Shown: positions 8,505 through 18,152, counted from the first letter of the stretch. The stretch: 64,000 nucleotides of DNA from Deltaproteobacteria bacterium (GCA_027028245.1 JALVJO010000136.1:1362-65361), one strand, 5' to 3'. Translations and numbers: made by a program. The notes: generated by a model from the letters alone, not told the origin.

Positions 8505-10252
8505 GAGATCATTTCAAGATATTGAAGGTCGATCTCTCAGCGGGAAAGGCAGAGGTCATCAGGCTTGAAGGAAGGAATGAGGTTGCCGGCGGGAGCGGGC
8601 TTGCCGCCGTTGTTTTCAACCGCTACGGTTATTTCAGCAGGCCCTGGAACCATCCGGAACAGCCCCTTATATTTGCCATAGGTCCCTTGACGGGCTATTT
8701 CCCTCTGATGAGTAAGACAGTATGCGCCTTCAAGTCCCCCTATCATGATCAATATACAGAAAGCCACGCAGGCGGACGCTCTGCTCTTTCCCTGGCATTT
8801 GCAGGTATTGATGCATTGGTAATAACCGGCCGGTCCCGGGAGCCTTGCTGCCTGGCAGTCGGTTCCAGGAATCTTGAGATACGTCCTGCTGGTTTCTTGT
8901 GGGGCCTGGACGTTATCCGCTCGGGAAAGATTCTCAGGAACATGTTCAAGACATCCAGCGGTCACAGGAGCATTCTCCGGATAGGTCAGGCAGGTGAAAA
9001 ACAGCTGGCCATGGCCGGGATAAATGCAGACACGTATCGGCATTTCGGAAGGCTCGGCGGCGGGGCAGTGATGGGTGCCAAGAATCTCAAGGCCGTGGTC
9101 ATAAACGGGGATGCAGTTCTGGACCAGCCTGATTCAAGGGGGTACGCAGATCTTTACAAGAGGGTTTTTAAGCAGGTCATTGATACAGGAATGATGAAAA
9201 AATATCATGACCTTGGGACTCCTGCAAACATCATGACCCTGAACAGCTTGCAGGCCCTCCCGTGGAGGAATCTGCAAGCAAGTTCTGATCCCGGGGCGGA
9301 AGGTATTTCGGGTGAGCGTTTTGCAAAGGACGCCCTTCTCAGAAACATTGCCTGTGCGGGATGCCCGGTGGGATGTATTCACGTGGGTTTTGTCAGGGAA
9401 AAGTTTATGAAAGACAACCGCTACATGTATAAGCAGGTTGCCTATGACTATGAGCCTATATTTGCAGCAGGCAGCATGCTGGGGGTATCGGACTGTTTTT
9501 CTGTTCTCAATATCATGGACGTTATGGAAAGGGTAGGGCTGGATGTAATTTCCGGCGGTGTAGCCATTGCCTGGGCAACCGAGGCCTTTGAAAGGGGGCT
9601 TATAGGGCCAGAGGAGACGATCATTCCCTTGGGCTTTGGCAACGTCGATGCCTGCAAAAAGGCTGCATTTTATCTGGGTACAGCGGCCAATGATTTTTAT
9701 AGGCTACTGGGCCAGGGGACCTTGAAGGCCGCCGAGAGGTACGGAGGCAGTGAATTTGCCTGTGTCCTGGGCCAGGAGATGGCAGGCTATGCAACCGGGG
9801 AGCTCTTTTTTGCAGCTCAGTCCCTTGGCTTCAGGCATTCACACCTGGACAGCGGGGCATATTCATTTGAACAGAAACATGCCGAAAAAGACGTGGAAAA
9901 GATGGTTGATTTTCTTATGGAAGACGAAGTACCCAGGGCCTTCCTGACATCCATGGTTGCATGTCTTTTTGCAAGGGGCGTCTACAGGCCGGAGGTACTT
10001 TCCGAATGCCTCAATGTGCTGGGGTATGAGAAGCTATCCATGAACGTGGAGCAAACAGCACATAAGATCCGCAGCCTTCGGTGGAAGACCAGGTTTGCCT
10101 GCGGCTTTGACCCGGATTCCATCACTATCCCCAAGCGTTTTTACAAGGTGAAATCCTGGAAGGGACCGGTGGATCCTGCCTATCTGAATGCCCTGAGAAG
10201 CAGATATGCCGAAAGGCTGAAGGCCCTGGCGGACGAATCCCAAACCCCGTGA
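8501..10252 (+). CDS. aor: Aldehyde:ferredoxin oxidoreductase family (tungsten/molybdopterin) enzyme
   Basis: 583 aa. The N-terminal AFOR_N-like part (KVDLSAGK...GGSGLAAVVF...GPLTG) and the C-terminal AFOR_C-like part match the AOR family pattern. Confidence 0.88.
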   Translation: MRDHFKILKVDLSAGKAEVIRLEGRNEVAGGSGLAAVVFNRYGYFSRPWNHPEQPLIFAIGPLTGYFPLMSKTVCAFKSPYHDQYTESHAGGRSALSLAFAGIDALVITGRSREPCCLAVGSRNLEIRPAGFLWGLDVIRSGKILRNMFKTSSGHRSILRIGQAGEKQLAMAGINADTYRHFGRLGGGAVMGAKNLKAVVINGDAVLDQPDSRGYADLYKRVFKQVIDTGMMKKYHDLGTPANIMTLNSLQALPWRNLQASSDPGAEGISGERFAKDALLRNIACAGCPVGCIHVGFVREKFMKDNRYMYKQVAYDYEPIFAAGSMLGVSDCFSVLNIMDVMERVGLDVISGGVAIAWATEAFERGLIGPEETIIPLGFGNVDACKKAAFYLGTAANDFYRLLGQGTLKAAERYGGSEFACVLGQEMAGYATGELFFAAQSLGFRHSHLDSGAYSFEQKHAEKDVEKMVDFLMEDEVPRAFLTSMVACLFARGVYRPEVLSECLNVLGYEKLSMNVEQTAHKIRSLRWKTRFACGFDPDSITIPKRFYKVKSWKGPVDPAYLNALRSRYAERLKALADESQTP

Positions 10253-10304
10253 CCTGTGCCTTCTTGCCACACGACTGTATGAATGATTCAGGGAGATAAT
10301 GCCG

Positions 10305-12038
10305 TCACGTACCAGCTTCGGCTTCGACCCCTTCGGGAGCTGCCGGGGGATTGTCTTCAACTGTAATGGTCAGTGATTTCTTTGTGCTTGAACCGTTTTC
10401 ATCTGTAGCTGTCAGTATGGCGGTATAACTGCCCTTAACTTTGTACGAATGGGTTACAGGTACTGCATCGGATCCTTGTCCGTCTCCAAAATCAAGCGTA
10501 AGAGTTACGGTGTCTCCGTCAGGGTCAGAGACATCGGCATTAAAGGTTATTGGTGTCAGGGGATTTTCCGCTATGGTTTTATCAGCCGCAAATGACAGGA
10601 TAACCGGGGGATGATTTGCCGGCCCGGTGGCTTGATATTCAAAGGCTCCTATGTCCAGACAGTTGTCAGCGGGTCTGGTTCGGCTCTGCAGGTGTTTGAC
10701 ATATTCCTCATTCACTGGAAAACTTCCGGAAATATCAGCAGGAAGAGCAGTGCCTGCGTCTCTGCAGACAGAATCGGATGCCAGCTGGAAGTCTTCTCCG
10801 GAAAAGTTGGCAAAACCCGGGGAATAACCTGCCAGATTGCCTCCCATGTCCAGCACAGTGCCGCTGAAACTTGAACCTTCATGCGAATTTACCCAGCCTG
10901 CCTTAATCCAGTTGTTCCTCAGGCTGATGGTGCCTTCCCTGTTCAAAATTGCAAGGCGGTTTCCGGCATCTGTAGCATAAATAATGTTGTTGGCAGCCCA
11001 GCATGACTCGTCCGGGCTTGAAAGCCTTAGAAGAGTGGTGTTGCCGTTTCTTTTGGATATCACGGTATTATTGTAAAAATAGAGGGTTCCCTTCCTGTAA
11101 CGGGACGTGTCGCCGCTGTCTCCGCCATAGTGTAGAATCTGGCTGTTTCCCTCATTGCTTTTTTCTACAATGATATTGCCGTAAACGTAGGTCTTCCTGT
11201 ATGAAGGAAGTCTTATCAATTCCTGGTAGTCTGAATCCACCAGGTCCAACTGTCTGTTTCCGCCTTCGATCCAGTTATATCTTATGATTGTACCTGCAGA
11301 ACGGTCTTTGAGGTTGTTTCCTCCGCATCCTTCCCGGAGAGGACCAAAGTGGTTGAACTGGAATGTTATCCCCTTTGCTTCTGTGTAGTTATTATGCTGG
11401 TAATAGCTTCCCTCCATGCCGTTATCGAAGATGTAGCAGCCTTCGACCAGGATGTTTCCCGAGGCATGACACGCAAAGAAGCCGTTGGCACAATCATGCA
11501 GCCGGCAGTTTTTGATGGTGATGTGATCGCCCTGGATTACGTAAATTGATGCGGCGTTTCTGGAATAATATTTTACCTGGCCATGATCATCCCTGAACCA
11601 GTAAGGCGGCCGTGCATTTCTTATATCAAGTCCTTCGATAACTATATAGGCAGGTGTCTGGCTGGAAAGGTTGGAGCCGCCAATGTTTATGATTCCTCTT
11701 TCCTCAGACCAGAAATTCAATTTCATGCTGGTTGCAGCCATGTTGCCGTCTATTACCGGAAGCTGGCCCTCTGGTCCCGGAATACCCTTCACGGTTATGG
11801 GCGATGACGGTGTACCTGCCCTGTCCATAACCCATTTTTCCCTATAGGGCTGCGGCCTGTAATATATGAGGACGGTGTCTCCGGGAGACAGATCCTCCCA
11901 GGGGACATCCTTGATATTTTCCAGGGTCTTGCCGGGACCAACCTCAAAGACAGCAGCTGAAACTGAAACTGCGGATAATATAGAGATAAAACCGAAAAAA
12001 AAGACAAAGGGTATGGAAAAAGTTTTTCTCATGGCCAT
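10305..12038 (-). CDS. Secreted right-handed beta-helix (pectate-lyase fold) protein with C-terminal PKD domain
   Basis: Signal peptide MAMRKTFSIPFVFFFGFISILSAVSVSAA. Repeated beta-helix turns of the NxxIxxC/N type. C-terminal PKD signature FNADVSDPDGDTVTLTLDFGDGQG...HSYKVKGSYTAILTATDENG. Confidence 0.75.
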   Translation of the reverse strand: MAMRKTFSIPFVFFFGFISILSAVSVSAAVFEVGPGKTLENIKDVPWEDLSPGDTVLIYYRPQPYREKWVMDRAGTPSSPITVKGIPGPEGQLPVIDGNMAATSMKLNFWSEERGIINIGGSNLSSQTPAYIVIEGLDIRNARPPYWFRDDHGQVKYYSRNAASIYVIQGDHITIKNCRLHDCANGFFACHASGNILVEGCYIFDNGMEGSYYQHNNYTEAKGITFQFNHFGPLREGCGGNNLKDRSAGTIIRYNWIEGGNRQLDLVDSDYQELIRLPSYRKTYVYGNIIVEKSNEGNSQILHYGGDSGDTSRYRKGTLYFYNNTVISKRNGNTTLLRLSSPDESCWAANNIIYATDAGNRLAILNREGTISLRNNWIKAGWVNSHEGSSFSGTVLDMGGNLAGYSPGFANFSGEDFQLASDSVCRDAGTALPADISGSFPVNEEYVKHLQSRTRPADNCLDIGAFEYQATGPANHPPVILSFAADKTIAENPLTPITFNADVSDPDGDTVTLTLDFGDGQGSDAVPVTHSYKVKGSYTAILTATDENGSSTKKSLTITVEDNPPAAPEGVEAEAGT

Positions 12039-12182
12039 CTCCTCATGGCGATTTTGAAGGAAAAAGCAGGCAAAACCAAAAAAATTTCATCCTCTGAGCA
12101 GAGATTATCTCAGATTATGCATTGTTCATGCCGCCGGTAACCGGTGCCTTGGGAAAAAGTAGATGAATAGAACCTCAGGAAT

Positions 12183-12671
12183 TCAAGCTCTGCAAACAAG
12201 AACCGGAATCCCCGGACTTTTCATTTCGAGCCTGGAGGGCAGGTTCCATGAGGTGATCTTTTTTATGCCGGTGAGAAGCTTGCCGCCTGTGATGAGAAGG
12301 TCGTAAGGTTTGGCGTTCAGCTCTTTGAGTATCTCCTGTTCCGGGTCTCCATAGGATTTTAAGAACAGGAATTTTGAAGCTGCTGGTTCAAAGATATCCT
12401 TCAGTCTCTTTTCCAGCCTGTCTGCATCTGTTCTAAGGCAGGTATCTATGTGTTCCAGGTATTCCTTTCTGCCTTGTGCATAAATTTCGTTGTAAAACTG
12501 TTTCAGATAGGGGTCCATTACATGGATCACGGTTACGTATGCATCAAACATCCGGGCCAATTCCAGGCAGACATCAGTGGCCTTCTCTGTGTGGGGTTCG
12601 CCGTCTGAGGCCAATAGGATCTGACTGAACATCTTAAAAAAGGAGGAAAAGGCGCAGGAGTGTCGATTCAC
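12183..12671 (-). CDS. Universal stress protein (UspA family)
   Basis: ILLASDGEPHTEKA...VTVIHVMDP...LLITGGK fits the Usp fold. The Met at 12632 (MFSQILLA) is an alternative start. Confidence 0.78.
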   Translation of the reverse strand: MNRHSCAFSSFFKMFSQILLASDGEPHTEKATDVCLELARMFDAYVTVIHVMDPYLKQFYNEIYAQGRKEYLEHIDTCLRTDADRLEKRLKDIFEPAASKFLFLKSYGDPEQEILKELNAKPYDLLITGGKLLTGIKKITSWNLPSRLEMKSPGIPVLVCRA

Positions 12672-12702
12672 TCCCGCACCTTTCGTGGAGTTTTCATCCC
12701 GG

Positions 12703-13971
12703 TCAATGTCCGCCAGTGACCTTCAGAAGCTCCGAGCCAATGATCATTACGGCGATCAGGCCCAGGATCATCTTGGCTGTTGCAGCGCCCGAGCCTATTA
12801 AAAAGGCAAGTCCGCCGCTTTTTTTCATGTCGTCTATACTGATGGACAGGCCGATACCGGCAAATCCAAGGGCAAAGAACCATTTGTAGACTGCATTCAT
12901 GGCCCAGAAAGGCGTGCCCGCTGCCTTGGGACCTCCAAGGGCGGAAATATGGAGGCTGTTCAAGAGCACCAGAGCAAAAAAACCGAGAATGAATACCGGG
13001 AACTTGTTTTTTATGGTGTTCCAAACGCCGGTTGATTCCTTGTTGACATCCTTCAGACCGTAAAACCAGACAGTGTACATTACAATAAAGGGTATCAGCA
13101 TTATCCGTGCTGCATTTATCAGCACAGCAGTATTTCGGGCCTCGTCTCCGTACCATTCAGCAGCAGCTATAAGCTGCGCGGTGTTCAGTATCGCAATGGC
13201 AGCCCAGGCACCAAACTGGGGCTGAGATACGTGAAGCCACTGTCCAAGATAGGGCATAACGAAGAGCATCAGTGTTCCGAACAGGAGTATAGTCCCGATG
13301 GCATAGGCCATCTCAAGGGGTCTGGCCCTGACAACAGGGGCAGTGGCAATTATTGCACTTACTCCGCAGACCCCGGTCCCGGCCCCCATGATGCCGCCAA
13401 GGCCGTCTGACACGCCCTTTTTTCTGCAGATATACATTACAGTAAGGGCTGTGCCGAAGATGAAAAAGGCGGTAAGGATCAGCCCTGTACCACCTACCTT
13501 TACCACATCAGACCATACGTAGTGCACGCCCAGTATTATTATCCCGGGCTTGATAAGGGGTCTGGCAATGCCGATACCGGGCAGAAATACCTTGGGGATG
13601 CCTATGGTGTTCCTGATTATGATGCCGCCTATCAGCAGCATGGCAACATATTTGAACTGACAGGTCTCGTAAAGAAATGTTGCCCATTTCCAGCGCTGTC
13701 CGACCTTGCCGTTTACCTTTTTCAGGGCCTTTTGATACTTGTGGAGCTGGTGCTCAAGGGATGCAATTTCTCCAGGTGCCCCTCTCGCACTCTTAAGGTC
13801 AGCTATCTTCTTCTCTATCTTTGGTATTTTTATTGAGGCTGCATCTGCCTTGTGGTAGGTGGCAAGAAGATGATGAATGTTCATTACTACAAAGGCAAAG
13901 ACTGCACATAATAAAAGGCCGGGAATAAATTTTTTCCAGTCTGGTGCTATCATGGAATTGAAAAATGACAT
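12703..13971 (-). CDS. YeiH/UPF0324-family putative sulfate exporter-type membrane protein
   Basis: 422 aa and polytopic, with overall resemblance to PF03601-type proteins. It carries a ~60-aa charged insert (KADAASIKIPKIEKKIADLK...) after TM1. Confidence 0.65.
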   Translation of the reverse strand: MSFFNSMIAPDWKKFIPGLLLCAVFAFVVMNIHHLLATYHKADAASIKIPKIEKKIADLKSARGAPGEIASLEHQLHKYQKALKKVNGKVGQRWKWATFLYETCQFKYVAMLLIGGIIIRNTIGIPKVFLPGIGIARPLIKPGIIILGVHYVWSDVVKVGGTGLILTAFFIFGTALTVMYICRKKGVSDGLGGIMGAGTGVCGVSAIIATAPVVRARPLEMAYAIGTILLFGTLMLFVMPYLGQWLHVSQPQFGAWAAIAILNTAQLIAAAEWYGDEARNTAVLINAARIMLIPFIVMYTVWFYGLKDVNKESTGVWNTIKNKFPVFILGFFALVLLNSLHISALGGPKAAGTPFWAMNAVYKWFFALGFAGIGLSISIDDMKKSGGLAFLIGSGAATAKMILGLIAVMIIGSELLKVTGGH

Positions 13972-13993
13972 CTATCAGTCCCTCCCTCCCGGT

Positions 13994-14140
13994 TTAAACA
14001 ATGAAAAGATATTTTTTAAAGATGTCGTGGACAACATCCGGGGCCATAATGGAAAAAATAAGCACTGCCAGGGCCAGTAAAATGGCCCACAGATCCTCCC
14101 GTTTTTCAGATGATAGAGATCCGGATTTTTTTTCTTCCAT
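13994..14140 (-). CDS. Possible 48-aa single-TM small protein
   Basis: Not in the ORF track because it is under 60 aa. The ATG at 14140 is preceded by AGGAGG. Translation is MEEKKSGSLSSEKREDLWAILLALAVLIFSIMAPDVVHDIFKKYLFIV. The TAA stop lies 22 nt before the YeiH-like start. Confidence 0.35.
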   Translation of the reverse strand: MEEKKSGSLSSEKREDLWAILLALAVLIFSIMAPDVVHDIFKKYLFIV

Positions 14141-14363
14141 GAACAACCTCCTTTAAGCTTGAAATGGTGTTCGGCTGCTTAGCTGCAGGGCCGTTTTCTG
14201 TGCCTTCATGCAATTCAGTAATACCGGCAGTAAGATGCAACATTATCATTTATGTTTCAAGTTGTTATTATATTCTCAATATAGGCAGAATTATTGTTCA
14301 ATACTGAAACATTCTTAACAAAAAGTTTTATTTTTTGAAACCCTGGTCTCTTTTTTACTGCAA

Positions 14364-14389
14364 ATAAAAAAGCTCCCAGAAGGGAGCTT
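14364..14389 (-). terminator. Intrinsic terminator after the 14422-15285 gene
   Basis: AAGCTCCC (14370-14377) pairs with GGGAGCTT (14382-14389) around a 4-nt loop. On the minus strand it is followed by a T-run. Confidence 0.65.
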
Positions 14390-14421
14390 GAAATAATAAG
14401 CATATTCGGTAGTTTGTGTTT

Positions 14422-15285
14422 TTAATTTCCGAAGACAAACCTCTGCAGATGAAACTGTGTGCCTGACCAATCCAGCACAGCAGTTCCGTCTTGATTAAGT
14501 GTAAAGACCGCTGAACCAACTGATCCGGCCGAGGGTTTTTGGTAATTGTCTGAACCTATGCTGGATCCTCCTTGCCATTCCATCAAGTCGCAAGAAAAGG
14601 ATGTGTCGGAAGGATTAAGTGCAGCAGTACAGGTCCACCAGGAAGGCAGGGTGTCGGAACCGTAATGATACCAAGTCATAAACGTTGTGCCGCCTCTTGT
14701 TTCCATGAAGAATCCCATTCCGTTGTAACTGGGATCATACCACCAGCCGTTTATATCCCTGGCATCCAGGTCGCCGGGGGATACATCCTTCATGAACTTG
14801 GACAGCTTGGCTGTAAAGGTTGCAGGCTCCTTTTCAGTTTTTTTCTTGGCACCGGAAGCGCTTGTAAATCCTTCAATGGTATAAGTGATTTCAGCTTCAT
14901 CGTCTGAGAAGAAGGTTATCTTAATGGATCCGAACCTGTAAGAGGTCGGCTCATAATATGACGTTCCCAGGGGCCATCCCGACCAGTAGTTCAAGGTCCC
15001 TGTGAATACGTCGGTATTGCCTTGCCTGGTTTCTACGTTTTTTTCAATGTTGCCGTACCCTGTCATCCAGAATGGCAGACCGGTATCATCATAATAGGTA
15101 AAAAGAGCTACAAAAACCGTATTGCCTTGTATCTCAACGGACACACCTGTGCCATCTTTTCCGGGGGTATACCACCAGCCTGATTTGCCATCGAAAGCAT
15201 AGGCATTATGAGAAAGAATAAACGATAAACCTATAAAGCAAGATATAATTGATACCGCTATTGAACGTAAGGTAGTATTAAGCAT
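14422..15285 (-). CDS. Secreted protein with two copies of a GWW(Y/D)P...G.G... domain of unknown function
   Basis: Signal peptide present. Internal duplication: GWWYTPGKDGTGVSVEIQGNTVFVALFTYYDDTGLPFWMTG versus GWWYDPSYNGMGFFMETRGGTTFMTWYHYGSDTLPSWWTC. Paralogous to 38412-39503. Confidence 0.75.
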   Translation of the reverse strand: MLNTTLRSIAVSIISCFIGLSFILSHNAYAFDGKSGWWYTPGKDGTGVSVEIQGNTVFVALFTYYDDTGLPFWMTGYGNIEKNVETRQGNTDVFTGTLNYWSGWPLGTSYYEPTSYRFGSIKITFFSDDEAEITYTIEGFTSASGAKKKTEKEPATFTAKLSKFMKDVSPGDLDARDINGWWYDPSYNGMGFFMETRGGTTFMTWYHYGSDTLPSWWTCTAALNPSDTSFSCDLMEWQGGSSIGSDNYQKPSAGSVGSAVFTLNQDGTAVLDWSGTQFHLQRFVFGN

Positions 15286-15321
15286 GATAGATCAGCTCCT
15301 TTATGATGAAACGTGCAGGTT

Positions 15322-16233
15322 CTAATAAAGAATACAATCGCCGTTATCGTATCCGAATTCTGTGCAGTTCAGGTTGATGCCGCCTTGTCCGTAATCGCAG
15401 TACCCATCTCCCAGCCACGACTGGACATAGGAAAGAGGAACTGTATTCCCTGAACAGTCCACTGTGTAATAGCTTCCTCCATTTCCTCCTCCGTAACTGC
15501 AGTCACCGTAATCCCAGTTGTACTGGGCACAGTAAAGTACCATTCCATATGTACCGTCGTCACAGTACCCATCCCCCAGCCATGACTGTAACTGTGCAAC
15601 CGAGACGGTGTTTCCCACGCAGTCTACAGTGTAGGCGCCGGCTGTATTGGACGTCCCTCCTCCATATCCGCAGTCACCGTAGTCCCAGTTGTACTGGGCA
15701 CAGTAAAGTACCATTCCATATGTACCGTCGTCACAGTACCCATCCCCCAGCCATGACTGTAACTGTGCAACCGGGACGGTGTTTCCCACGCAGTCTGTAG
15801 TGTATGAGTTTCCTCCAGTACCCCCGCCATAGTTGCAGTCACCGTAATCCCAGTTGTACTGGGCACAGTTTAATACCAGGCCGTATGTGCCGTCGTCGCA
15901 GTACCCATCTCCCAGCCATGAGTTGATTGTGGCAGCAGAGGCGACATTTCCAACGCAGTCTGTTGAATATCCGCCTCCTAAACCAGTGCTTGAACAATCC
16001 CCGTTATCATAATTAAATGTTGAACAGTTTAGGTCTATTCCCCAGGTGCCGTCATCGCAGAATCCATCTCCCAATGCTGCTTGGACTGTATCACCGGATG
16101 TCAAGTTCCCTGCACAGTCCATCACCGTCATATAGATGGACGCTGCATTTAAAGATTTTGGCGAAGCAAGAAGAACAAGAAATAAAATAGAAACACAGCC
16201 GAATCCCAGCGATTTTTTTAATGTTCCCGACAT
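15322..16233 (-). CDS. Secreted Cys-rich protein with five tandem 4-Cys modules (LGDGYCDDG...YNWDYGDC; Notch/LNR-like flavour)
   Basis: Signal peptide present. Five modules share identical Cys spacing (C-x18-C-x10-C-x9-C), starting at aa 40, 93, 148, 205 and 260. Confidence 0.8.
   Translation of the reverse strand: MSGTLKKSLGFGCVSILFLVLLASPKSLNAASIYMTVMDCAGNLTSGDTVQAALGDGFCDDGTWGIDLNCSTFNYDNGDCSSTGLGGGYSTDCVGNVASAATINSWLGDGYCDDGTYGLVLNCAQYNWDYGDCNYGGGTGGNSYTTDCVGNTVPVAQLQSWLGDGYCDDGTYGMVLYCAQYNWDYGDCGYGGGTSNTAGAYTVDCVGNTVSVAQLQSWLGDGYCDDGTYGMVLYCAQYNWDYGDCSYGGGNGGSYYTVDCSGNTVPLSYVQSWLGDGYCDYGQGGINLNCTEFGYDNGDCILY
15463..15804 (-). repeat. Two near-identical 171-nt in-frame tandem repeats inside the Cys-rich gene
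   Basis: Modules 3 and 4 (aa 144-200 and 201-257) are almost identical at nucleotide level. The same peptide strings recur with a 57-codon period in several frames of the ORF track. Confidence 0.85.
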
Positions 16234-16323
16234 GGTACCCTCCTTATAAGTAACTTTTCGTTTTAAACAAGAAATAGCTTGAATGTTGAACCCTTGCAGA
16301 TATCCTGAACTCGCCTGATGACA

Positions 16324-16343
16324 AATTTTATCATGATAAAATT
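16324..16343. promoter_or_regulatory. Perfect 20-nt palindrome AATTTTATCATGATAAAATT (candidate operator)
   Basis: 10+10 perfect inverted repeat in the divergent promoter region between 16233 (minus-strand gene) and 16500 (plus-strand gene). The TGATAA half-sites recall Fur-family boxes. Confidence 0.35.
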
Positions 16344-16499
16344 GAAATCACAAGAAAATTCAGAAGGATAGGAACCTCGTCTTATCTTTTGACAGCATTG
16401 AAGCCACGCTTTATGCCAGCTAATTCAAGTTGGTTTTTTGTGTTGTATATGGTCAAATTTTCGTGTTTGATAGTGTATTTTCCCGAGAGGTTCATAGAT

Positions 16500-16850
16500 A
16501 TGAATATGGAAAAGATGAGGCAGCGACTGAAAGAAAAGGCCGGTGGAAAGGCAGGGATGATCCTTATTCACAACGGTATCGTAAGAAATACTTCCAGGGC
16601 TGGTGAGCCGGTATCGTCCATAGAAGTAACAGCCGACCGGGACCGCCTTGATGATGTAATGAACGAGGCAAAGGGTTTGCCCGGGGTTATTGCTGTAGAG
16701 GTTGAGATCGCAGAGGGCCGCCTTTCCACTGGTGACGACATCATGCTTCTGGGGATAGCTGGGGATATCAGGGAAAACACCCTTTCTGCCATGGCCCGAG
16801 TCCTTGACAGGATAAAAAAAGAGGTGACTGCAAAAAGGGAATACGCCTAG
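16500..16850 (+). CDS. MoaE-like (molybdopterin synthase large-subunit family) protein
   Basis: 116 aa from the ATG at 16500, preceded by GAGAGG. IHNGIVRN...GDDIMLLGIAGDIRENT...RIKKEV resembles short MoaE proteins. Family assignment is tentative. Confidence 0.5.
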   Translation: MNMEKMRQRLKEKAGGKAGMILIHNGIVRNTSRAGEPVSSIEVTADRDRLDDVMNEAKGLPGVIAVEVEIAEGRLSTGDDIMLLGIAGDIRENTLSAMARVLDRIKKEVTAKREYA

Positions 16851-18028
16851 CTTAATGATTGACCCTCAGAGTAGAGCATCCATTTCTGCCTTTCTGCCCT
16901 GAAGGTCATTTCCTGTTGCTCTAAAATCCTGTCCAATTGTTTTATGTCTGCACCCTGTTCCACGGCCTTTCGGATCATTTTGCTGCCGATTATGAGGTCA
17001 GCCGGCATCTTCTCAAATTCGTATTCATATGGCGGCGGCGTCCAGGAAAAGTCTTCGGGATGGATTCTTGCCACGCATGAAAGCAAGGCGAGAGTAAAGC
17101 GGTACGGCCTGAAGGCATTGGTGTCAGAAACATGTACCTGGAACCCCCTGCACCTTTTGTGATGCCACTTGTTGAAGGTGGGTTCGAAAAACTGCTCCCT
17201 GAGTATGCAGCCCCTGAATCTGCCCAGTTCTTGGCAGATTTTCCTGGTATCCATGTAGGGTGCTCCGAAGATCTCGAAGGGCCGGGTGGTCCCCCTGCCC
17301 TCAGACAGGTTGGTGCCTTCGAGTATTACCTGGCCTGGATATACAAGGGCAGTTTCAAACGCGGGCATATTGGGGGAGGGCAGGACCCATGGAAGCCCGG
17401 TCTCAGGAAACAGCATGTTTCTTTTCCACCCCTTCATGCGGACTACGTGGAGTTCAAGATTCGGACAAAGGAGAGATTTGAACATATTGGCAAGCTCTCC
17501 CATGGTCAGGCCATGACGCATGGGTAACGGGGCCATTCCCACAAAGGAGTGCAGCTGTTCTTCCAGGATATTGCCTTCAACTTCTTTTCCGCCCAGTGGG
17601 TTTGGCCTGTCCAGTACCGCCACTGCCACGCCGTTTTCCATGCACGCCTTCATGGCCAGAAGCATGGTCCATATATAGGTGTAGACCCTGGTGCCCACGT
17701 CCTGCAGGTCAATGACAAACAGGTCAATGAGATCAAGCTGATCCCTGGACGGCGCCCTCTTTCTTTCATAGAGACTGAAAACAGGAATACCCAGATGCAG
17801 GTCCAGCTCGTGGCCGGACTCTTCCATGTTGTCCTGCTTTTCTCCAAACATGCCGTGCTGCGGACTGAAGACGGCCCGGAGCTGACCGGGAAACGCTTCG
17901 TCTACCAGGAACCGGGAATGGATCAGTCTGGAATTTACCGAGGCCTGGTTGCACAGGAGGCCCATCCTTCTCTGTTTGGCCCAGGAAGGCCTTTTTCGGC
18001 AAAATATTTCAATACCGGTTTCTATCAT
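16847..18028 (-). CDS. DUF1343 family protein (NamZ-like exo-beta-N-acetylmuramidase)
   Basis: 393 aa. N-terminal GIEIF...MGLLCNQASV and overall DUF1343 architecture. Confidence 0.82.
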   Translation of the reverse strand: MIETGIEIFCRKRPSWAKQRRMGLLCNQASVNSRLIHSRFLVDEAFPGQLRAVFSPQHGMFGEKQDNMEESGHELDLHLGIPVFSLYERKRAPSRDQLDLIDLFVIDLQDVGTRVYTYIWTMLLAMKACMENGVAVAVLDRPNPLGGKEVEGNILEEQLHSFVGMAPLPMRHGLTMGELANMFKSLLCPNLELHVVRMKGWKRNMLFPETGLPWVLPSPNMPAFETALVYPGQVILEGTNLSEGRGTTRPFEIFGAPYMDTRKICQELGRFRGCILREQFFEPTFNKWHHKRCRGFQVHVSDTNAFRPYRFTLALLSCVARIHPEDFSWTPPPYEYEFEKMPADLIIGSKMIRKAVEQGADIKQLDRILEQQEMTFRAERQKWMLYSEGQSLS

Positions 18029-18152
18029 CTTATTTTTCCGGGTGTCCTGAAATAATTTTTAAATAAAAGCAGGAAACTGTTCAGTAACCTAACCATATTG
18101 TAAAGGATAGGGTATATAGTTACTGATTTTATCCAATTCAGGAAGAGATTAA

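Noticed and set aside
15334-16116. Regularly spaced DNA repeats that might suggest a CRISPR array or satellite.
   Set aside because: The repeats are in-frame 159-171-nt coding modules of one continuous 303-aa ORF with a signal peptide. There is no short repeat/unique spacer alternation and no cas genes nearby.
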